Source: an uncultured Solirubrobacterales bacterium (GTDB lineage: Bacteria > Actinomycetota > Thermoleophilia > Solirubrobacterales > Solirubrobacteraceae). Taken from it: DNA of 64,000 nt. The notes under the pieces are model-generated. The model saw only the letters and a program-made list of their open reading frames with translations, did not search any database and was not told the DNA's origin. How positions within the stretch are numbered: the stretch's first letter is position 1; every line of letters starts with the position of its first letter. The stretch is taken from positions 7,870 through 71,869 of the forward strand of contig CAVPZV010000012.1 in the NCBI GenBank assembly GCA_963710305.1, in the 5' to 3' direction. Positions 57,401 to 64,000 of the stretch are shown piece after piece. Both the position numbers and the translations under genes were made by a program.

Positions 57401-58006
57401 ATGCCCGCGACCGACGACGAGATCCGGGAGAAGTACCTCGAGCGGGCGATCCGCGAGCTGAACTCGTTCGCGCGGGAGGTCCAGGCCTGCCGGGAGTGCC
57501 CGCGCGGCCAGCTCATGCCCGTGCTCGGCTCGGGCCATCCCCAGGCCGACATCTTCCTGATCAAGCACGCGGCCCGTCCCTCGGAGGTGGAGGAGGGGGT
57601 GGCGTTCTACGGGCGCGCCGGCAACGCACTGATGAAGTCGCTCAAGCGGCTGTCGATCGATCCGCTCGCCGTGTACGGGACCCTGTGCGTGAAGTGCCCG
57701 GTGCTCGATCCCGAGATGGCCGATCCCGGGTGCGTGGCCCGGCTGACCGAGGAGCTGGCGATCGTCTCGCCCCGGATCCTCGTCGTGATGGGGCCCGACG
57801 CGCTCAGCGTGGTCAACGACCTGGGGATTCCCCTGGCCGAGCCGCTCCGGCCGTCGTATGGGGATATCCAGCGCCTCACGCCCTCGATCGACGCGTTGTA
57901 CGTCCCCAACATCGACGAGTCGCTCGACGAGGATGGCGCCAAGCGCGAGTTCTGGGCGGCGTTCCGCGTGCTCGGCCAGTGGTGGGCGGACTTGCCGCCG
58001 TACTGA
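57401..58006 (+). CDS. Uracil-DNA glycosylase family-4-like FeS protein with divergent catalytic motifs
   Basis: CRECP..PVLGSG...F.GRAG..VKC..C...E...P.ILVVMG are present. GE(A/G)PG is replaced by KHAAR and HP by PN. Confidence 0.75.
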   Translation: MPATDDEIREKYLERAIRELNSFAREVQACRECPRGQLMPVLGSGHPQADIFLIKHAARPSEVEEGVAFYGRAGNALMKSLKRLSIDPLAVYGTLCVKCPVLDPEMADPGCVARLTEELAIVSPRILVVMGPDALSVVNDLGIPLAEPLRPSYGDIQRLTPSIDALYVPNIDESLDEDGAKREFWAAFRVLGQWWADLPPY

Positions 58007-58123
58007 GGGCCGGCCGGATGCCGGCCCGTGGAAGCCGCCGGCCAAGCGAAGCGGTCTCGTGGACTCCTGGAGCGGAGCGCAGGCCGGCCAGAAGCCGGAC
58101 GCGGTCACGTACACTCGCGCGTC

Positions 58124-58309
58124 ATGGACCTGGAAGAGAGATCACTTGATCGCACCGGCGATCGCTGCGAGGAGTGCGGCGCCAAGCTGACGCCCGCCGA
58201 GTTGCAGGCGGTGATGGAGTCCGGCGGACCGGCGCTGTGCGCGATCCATGCCGCCGAGGACGAACCAGGGCTGGCGGCCGAGGAAGCCGGCTTCGCCGAC
58301 GAGGCGTAG
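58124..58309 (+). CDS. 61-aa acidic protein with CxxC...CxxH motif (putative Zn finger)
   Basis: DRCEECGAKL...LCAIHAAE; TACACT lies 8 nt before the ATG. Confidence 0.65.
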   Translation: MDLEERSLDRTGDRCEECGAKLTPAELQAVMESGGPALCAIHAAEDEPGLAAEEAGFADEA

Positions 58310-58444
58310 GCGAAGCAAGCCTCGTTGCCGGCGCGTCGCAGAACGCGTCTTGACGCGGAGCTTATGTTAGGCTCGGCGGGCTGAGCGTCGGCCGGGGCCA
58401 ACAGGCGCTCGTCATCAGTGGGGTACTAACCAAGGAGACGACTT

Positions 58445-59485
58445 ATGCGTGGACGTACCGCGGCGCTCATCGCCGCGTCCGTCGTATCGACCGGCGCGGT
58501 GGCGGCGACCGCTTCCGCCGCAGCCGGGCCCCCGGCGCCCACGGGCGTTCATGGGGCGAAGGTGCAACTGTTCGCTTCCGGCCTCTCGACGCCGACGTCG
58601 TTCGCCTTCGGCGGCGGCAACGCGTTCGAGGGCGATGGGGGCACCGAGTCGCGGGCCGCCCAATGGCGGCGTGTTCCTGCTCAAGAACGGCACGGCGACC
58701 AAGCTCGCCCCAGCGCCCCAGTTCGTCGCCGGCTTGGCCTGGTCCAAGGGCACCCTGTACGTGAGCGGCGCCACGCTCACCTCGCCGACGTCGGGGAAGT
58801 TCCAGATCCTCGCCTGGAGCGGCTGGAACGGGACCAACTTCACCAAGAAGAAGGCGATCTTCACCGCGCCCAAGAAGTTCCAGGGGTTCAACGGGATCGC
58901 GATCGGTCCGGACGGGCGACTCTACGTCGGGGCCGACGTCGGACTGCTCAACGGCAACGACCACGGGCCCTCGAACAAGTCGCCGTACCTGTACGACATC
59001 CTGTCGATGGACACGCACGGCAAGCACCTCAAGGTGTTCGCGTCCGGCATCCGCCAGCCGTGGCAGTTCGCGTTCGCCAAGGGATCCAAGCGCCCCGTTC
59101 GTGTCCGCCCTCGGTCAGGACAAGCCGGGCAACCTGAACCCGCCGGACTTCGTGTTGAAGGCCCACCAGGGCGACAACTACGGCTTCCCGCAGTGCAACT
59201 GGAAGCCGAAGAGCAAGTGCAAGGGCTTCACGAAGCCGTTCAAGTTCTTCAAGCCCCACACGGACATCATGGGGCTGGCGATCATCGGCTCGAAGCTCTA
59301 CATGACCTCGTTCCTGGGCACCACCGGCAAGGCCGGTGAGGTGTTCTCGATGCCGCTCAAGGGCGGCGCGGTGACGCCGGTCGTGAAGGGATTCGTCGCT
59401 CCGACCGTCGGCCTCGGGCAGCACAACGGCTTCCTCTACGTCGGCGAGGCCGGGCCCGGGCCTCGTCTACAAGGTCAAGCCGTAG
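58445..59485 (+). CDS. Secreted Lys-rich beta-propeller protein (NHL / glucose-sorbosone dehydrogenase-like; frameshifts)
   Basis: RBS AAGGAG, signal peptide, FASGLSTPTSFAF, NGIAIGPDGRLYV, FASGIRQPWQFAF and NYGFPQC. Confidence 0.75.
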
Positions 59486-59533
59486 GCTCGTAATGGCTCG
59501 CGTCCCGGCCCTCCCTCCGGGGGCCGGGAGCGC

Positions 59534-60479
59534 TCAGCCGCCGGTGGTGAGCACGATCTTGCCGAGCTTGCCGCCGCCGGCGAAGTGCTCGTAGGCGTCC
59601 TCGGCGCGCTCCAGCGGGTAGGTCTCGGCCACCGGGACCCGGACCGCGCCACGAGGCCAGGAGCGGCAGGACCGAGCGCTCCATCGCGCGCGCCGTCAGC
59701 GCCTTCTCCTCGAGCGGGCGGGCGCGGAGCATCGAGGCGTGGATCCGCCCGCGCTTGCCCATCAGCTTGCGTAGGTCGAGCTCGCCCTTGGCACCGGCGC
59801 CGATCCCGATCACGGTGATCCGCCCCAGCATGTTCAGGGCGTCGAGGTTGGCGTCGAGGTTGGGCGCGCCCACGAGCTCGAGGATCACATCGAACGGGCC
59901 GTGCTCGGCGAACCCCTCGGGCTCGATCACCTCCGCCCCGAACTCGCCCACGGCCTGGTGGTGATCGGGGTTGCGCACGGTGGCGGTGACGCGCGCGCCG
60001 GCCGCGCGTCCCAGCTGGATCGCCGCCGTGCCCACTCCACCCGCGCCACCGTGCACGAGCAAGCGCTCACCCGAGCGCAGGCCGGCCTGGGTGAAGATCG
60101 CGTCGTGGGCGGTGGTGAACACCTCGGGCGTACCTCCGGCGGCAGGCCAGTCGAGCGAGTCGGGCACCGGCATCAGGATCCGCTCGTGGACCACGCACAG
60201 CTCGGCCTGCCCGCCTCCGGCCACGATCCCCATGACCCGGTCGCCCTCGCCGAAGCGGTTCGCGCCCACTCCACCTCCGACGACCTCTCCGGCCAGCTCG
60301 AGGCCCGGGATGTCCTGCGGCGCGCCCGGTGGCGCGGGATACAGGCCGCGCCGCTGCATCATGTCGGCGCCGTTGAGCCCGGCGGCTCGAACCCGGACGA
60401 GTACCTCGCCGGCCCCGGGCTCCGGATCCGGATGCTCCTCGACGCTCAGCTGCTTGTCGCGGATGGTGACGGCGAGCAT
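59534..60479 (-). CDS. NADPH:quinone oxidoreductase (zeta-crystallin/PIG3 family; frameshift near 59655)
   Basis: AAGLNGAD, PGLELAG, HGGAGGVG and GKIVL. Confidence 0.92.
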
Positions 60480-60505
60480 GGCGGGCAGCCTATCGGGGCA
60501 GGGCT

Positions 60506-60542
60506 TGGGAGAAAACTGGTCCCATGCTGAAGTTATCTCCCA
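60506..60542. repeat. Intergenic 12-bp inverted repeat (terminator or REP-like) between rlmD and the quinone reductase
   Basis: tgggagaaaact / agttatctccca, one mismatch. Confidence 0.5.
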
Positions 60543-60584
60543 CACGCCCCCGGCCTGGAGCGCGGGGCCCCCGCTCCGGCTCAC

Positions 60585-61947
60585 TCAGCGCTCGAGCAGC
60601 GCCACGCACTCGATGTGCGGCGTCTGCGGGAACATGTCCACCGGGCGCACGCGGCGCAGGCGATAGCCGGCCTCGACGAGCTGCGCGGCGTTGGGAGCGA
60701 GCGTCGTCGGGTTGCACGAGACGTACACGATCCGCGCCGGCGAGGCTTCGATGATCCGCCGCACCACCTTCTGCGAGAGGCCGGCGCGCGGTGGGTCGAC
60801 GACGACGACGTCCGGACGCCCCGCCTGCGCCACCAACTCGCGCAGGGCCAGCCGCACGTCGCCGGCGAAGAACCGGGCGTTGTCGACCTCGTTCGCCCGC
60901 GCTCCGGCGATCGCGTCGGCGATCGCCTCCTCGATCAGCTCCAGCCCCCACACCTCGGCCACGCGCGGCGCGAGCGACAGGGCGATCGTCCCGATCCCGC
61001 AATACAGGTCGTAGACGCGCTCGAACCCGGTCAGCCCGGCGTAGTCGATCGCGAGCCCGTACAGGCGCTCGGCCATCTCGGTGTTGGTCTGGAAGAACGC
61101 CTGCGGTGAGATGCGCAGGCGCAGGCCGCCGAGCTCCTCCTCCAGGCGCTCGACGCCGGCGATGAGCTCGGTCTCACCGCCCTGGGTCGTCTCGGCGACG
61201 CTGTCCACCTGGGTCCAGAGCAGCCCCTCAACCGGAGCGGCCGCCGCCGCGAGCGCGTCGGCGTCAAGCGAGCCGGGGCTGGTGACGAGCCGGACCTGCA
61301 GTTGACCGGTGCGCCGGCCCTCCCGGACGACCAGGTTGCGCAGGAAGCCCTCGCCGCTCCGGCGGTCGTAGGCGGGCAGCCCGGCGGAGCGGCACCAGCG
61401 CACCACGCGCTCGCGCGCCGCGTTGGCCGCCTCGGAGGCCAGCAGGCAGTCCTCGATCTCGACGATCTCCTCCCACCGTCCGGGCGCGTGGAACCCGCAC
61501 ACCAGGCGCCCGCCGACCGGATCGGTGCCGAACGAGTACTCGAGCTTGTTGCGGTAACGCCACTGCTCGACCGCGGGGACGATCGGCTCGAGCTCGTATC
61601 CGTCGAGGCGCCCGATGCGGCGCAGCGCGTCGTCCACCTGATCCTGCTTGACCTGGAGCTGGCGCTCGTAGGGCAGCACCTGCCACGGGGCGCCCGGGTG
61701 GTGCGCCAGCGGCTCCACGCCGATCGGCGCCCGGCTCGAGGATCTCGACCGCCCGCGCCTCGGCGTAGGAGCGCTTGGACTTGCCCACCACCGCCCGCAC
61801 GAGATCGCCCGGGACACCGCCCTGCACGAACACCACGTATCCGTCGAGCCGGGCGACGCCCGCGCCACCGAAGGCCAGCGATTCGATCCGCAGCTCGAGC
61901 TCGGCGCCGCGGGCCGGCCGGCGCGCTGTGTGACTTCCCGCTTCCAC
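60585..61947 (-). CDS. rlmD: 23S rRNA m5U1939 methyltransferase with TRAM domain (frameshift near 61725)
   Basis: YRNK, AFFQTN, DLYCGIG, DPPRAG, YVSCNP and DMFPQTPHIE. Confidence 0.92.
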
Positions 61948-61968
61948 GGAACCTAGGATGGCAGCCCG

Positions 61969-63459
61969 ATGGACCTCGACGCCTACCGACTCTCGGCCGA
62001 AGCCTTCCTCTCGGAGCTGACGGGCGAGTACTACCGCCATTACGCCGGGCTCAAGGAGCAGTACGCGATCGAGCCGATCTACGCCCGGCATGGCGAGCTG
62101 TTCACGCGCCAGGCCGTGGACGGCCTCCGCGAGCACGCCGCGCGCGCCCCGGCCGGAAGCGATGAGCACAGGCGGCTGACGATGCTCGTGGACTTTGCCG
62201 TCGAGGGCTACGTCGGCGAGGCCGGCAAGCAGACGGAGTCGGAGCTCGCGCTCCGAGAGGCGAGGACGACGCTCGAGCTCGACGACCGGCGCATCGGCTA
62301 TCGCGAGTCGAGTGCGGTCCAGGCCAACGAGCCGGACCCGGGCCGGCGGGAGATGATCGAGCGCGCCCGGCTGGAAGCGGTCAGCGGGGAGCTCGGCGAG
62401 CTGTATCGCGAGGTGATCGAGCGCCAGCACGCGTGCGCGCGCGAGCTGGGCTGGGACAGCTACCGCGCGATGTGCGCCGAGTGCAAGCTGCTCGACCTCG
62501 ACGCGCTCCAAGCTCAGTGCAGCGAGTTCACCCGCGCCAGCGAGCCGCGCTACGCCGAGGTGCTCGAGCCGGAGCTGCGGCGGACGCTCGGTTTCGGCCT
62601 CGACCGGTTCCGCCGTGGCGACCTGCCGCGGTTCTTCCGGGCGCCGGACGATGACCGAGCCTTCCCGGGCGACGGGGTCGTGGCGAGCTTCGAGCGGACC
62701 ATGCGAGGGCTGGGCATCGAGGTCGGCGAGCAGCCCGGGGTGGTGTTCGATGTCGAGCCACGCCCCAACAAGTCACAGCGCGCGTTCTGCGCGCCGGTCC
62801 GCCCGCCGCATGAGGTGTATCTGGTCCTCACGCCGGTCGGCGGTCGCGAGGATTACTCGACGCTGTTTCATGAAGGCGGCCACACCGAGCACTACGTGAA
62901 CGTCCGCCCCGACCTTCCGTTCGAGTACCGCTACCTGGGGGACAACTCGGTCACCGAGGCGTTCGCGTTCCTGTTCGACCACCTGGTGGCCACCCCGGAG
63001 TGGCTGCGGCGGCATCTTGGCGCGGCGGATCCCGATCCGCTCGTCGCCCACGCGCGCGCCGTGCGCCTGGTCTACCTTCGCCGGTACGCGGCCAAGCTCG
63101 CCTACGAGCTCGAGCTGCACGCCGGCGATCAGCCGCTCCCGTCGCTCGCCCCGCGCTACGCGGATTTGCTCGGCCGGGCCGTCGGCGTGGCGTGGCCACA
63201 GGAGCTGTTCCTCCAGGACGTCGACGCCGGCTTCTACTGCGTGTGCTACCTCCAGGCGTGGGCGCTCGAGACGTATCTGCGCGCGCACCTGCGAGAGCGC
63301 TTCGGCCCGGACTGGTTCGACTCGCCGGAGGCGGGTGAGCTGCTCAGGGGCCTGTGGCGTGAAGGCCAGCGCCTGCGCGCCGGCGAGCTGCTGGGGGAGC
63401 TGACGGGGGCGACGCTCGACTTCGGGGTCCTGCTCGCGGACCTCGGACTAGTGACTTGA
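61969..63459 (+). CDS. M3-like (gluzincin) metallopeptidase
   Basis: KSQRAFC, LFHEGGH (HExxH) and downstream TEAFA glutamate. Confidence 0.75.
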   Translation: MDLDAYRLSAEAFLSELTGEYYRHYAGLKEQYAIEPIYARHGELFTRQAVDGLREHAARAPAGSDEHRRLTMLVDFAVEGYVGEAGKQTESELALREARTTLELDDRRIGYRESSAVQANEPDPGRREMIERARLEAVSGELGELYREVIERQHACARELGWDSYRAMCAECKLLDLDALQAQCSEFTRASEPRYAEVLEPELRRTLGFGLDRFRRGDLPRFFRAPDDDRAFPGDGVVASFERTMRGLGIEVGEQPGVVFDVEPRPNKSQRAFCAPVRPPHEVYLVLTPVGGREDYSTLFHEGGHTEHYVNVRPDLPFEYRYLGDNSVTEAFAFLFDHLVATPEWLRRHLGAADPDPLVAHARAVRLVYLRRYAAKLAYELELHAGDQPLPSLAPRYADLLGRAVGVAWPQELFLQDVDAGFYCVCYLQAWALETYLRAHLRERFGPDWFDSPEAGELLRGLWREGQRLRAGELLGELTGATLDFGVLLADLGLVT

Positions 63460-63831
63460 CCCCGCGTCGGTGCTCTGGGTCGCCTGCATCTCCTCGATGC
63501 CGCGCTCGACCGTGTCCACCACCTCGACATGGCGTTGCACGCCGGCCAGGCGCAGCGCGTCGTCCACCGGTGAGCCGGCGGGAACGTTGAGTCTCAGGAT
63601 CTGGCCGCGGGCACGCAGGCGGCTGCGCATCCCGAACACGACGTAGATGCCGGCACTGTCGAGGTACTCCACCGCGCTCAGGTCGAGAACCACGCCCACG
63701 GCGTCATTGGAGGTCGCCTCCAGCACCGCGGAGCCGATGTCCTCGGCGTTGGACATGTCGAGCTCGCCCGTGAGCCGGGCGACGAGAACCCGGTTCGCGC
63801 GCTCGAAGGTGACGTCGCCAAGGCGCGTCAC
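63448..63831 (-). CDS. STAS-domain anti-sigma factor antagonist
   Basis: LTGELDMSNA and LDLSAVEYLDSAG. Confidence 0.92.
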   Translation of the reverse strand: MTRLGDVTFERANRVLVARLTGELDMSNAEDIGSAVLEATSNDAVGVVLDLSAVEYLDSAGIYVVFGMRSRLRARGQILRLNVPAGSPVDDALRLAGVQRHVEVVDTVERGIEEMQATQSTDAGSSH

Positions 63832-64000
63832 GACGACTTGAGCCGCCGGCGCATCACGAGCTCGGTTCCCTGCGCGGAGCGATTCAGCTCGACCTCGTCC
63901 ATCGCGGTCTCGATGATCTTGAGCCCGCGGCCGCGGTGCTCCCCCCGGGGGCTCCGCCAGGTCCCGGTGTCGCGCACGACCACGGTCAGCTCGTCTGCGC
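63828..64000 (-). CDS. C-terminus of an RsbW-like HATPase (anti-sigma kinase) domain protein, partial
   Basis: VVVRDTGTWR...RGRGLKII..MDEV...GTELVM. The stop overlaps the STAS start. Confidence 0.85.
   Translation of the reverse strand, partial: ADELTVVVRDTGTWRSPRGEHRGRGLKIIETAMDEVELNRSAQGTELVMRRRLKSS

Overview
High-GC actinobacterial DNA; gene content and protein style suggest Thermoleophilia/Solirubrobacterales (inference). Many single-base indels break otherwise intact housekeeping genes, which fits an unpolished long-read consensus. Layout: (1) 1-1928 is a lower-GC block (class III aminotransferase, metallophosphoesterase) joined in frame and mid-gene to the rest, a possible chimeric junction. 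(2) 1929-15444 is an accessory region downstream of tRNA-Lys(UUU), with TetR/epimerase, orphan vanRS plus an S11 D,D-carboxypeptidase, a Tat molybdoenzyme pair, TA remnants and a 14-repeat Cys-rich surface protein. (3) 15.6-37.4 kb is a purine supercluster (purD,E,B,C,S,Q,L,F,N,H) interleaved with an MgtE-N/NRAMP pair, recQ, a secreted GGAI-repeat protein and two paralogous microproteins. (4) 37.4-48.3 kb holds HD-GYP/SRPBCC and dnaK-grpE-dnaJ-hspR-[S53 protease]-clpB with variant HAIR operators. (5) 50.2-58.0 kb is an inositol-lipid cluster: hydrolase, GT-C-like protein, Aur1-like PAP2, PIP synthase, ino1, a degenerate PimA-like domain fused to an intact PHP phosphoesterase, and a divergent UDG-like protein. 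(6) Housekeeping genes run to the window end. The best candidate for an undescribed system is the inositol-lipid cluster, especially the pseudo-PimA-PHP fusion as a candidate phosphatidylinositol-phosphate phosphatase. No database searches were run.
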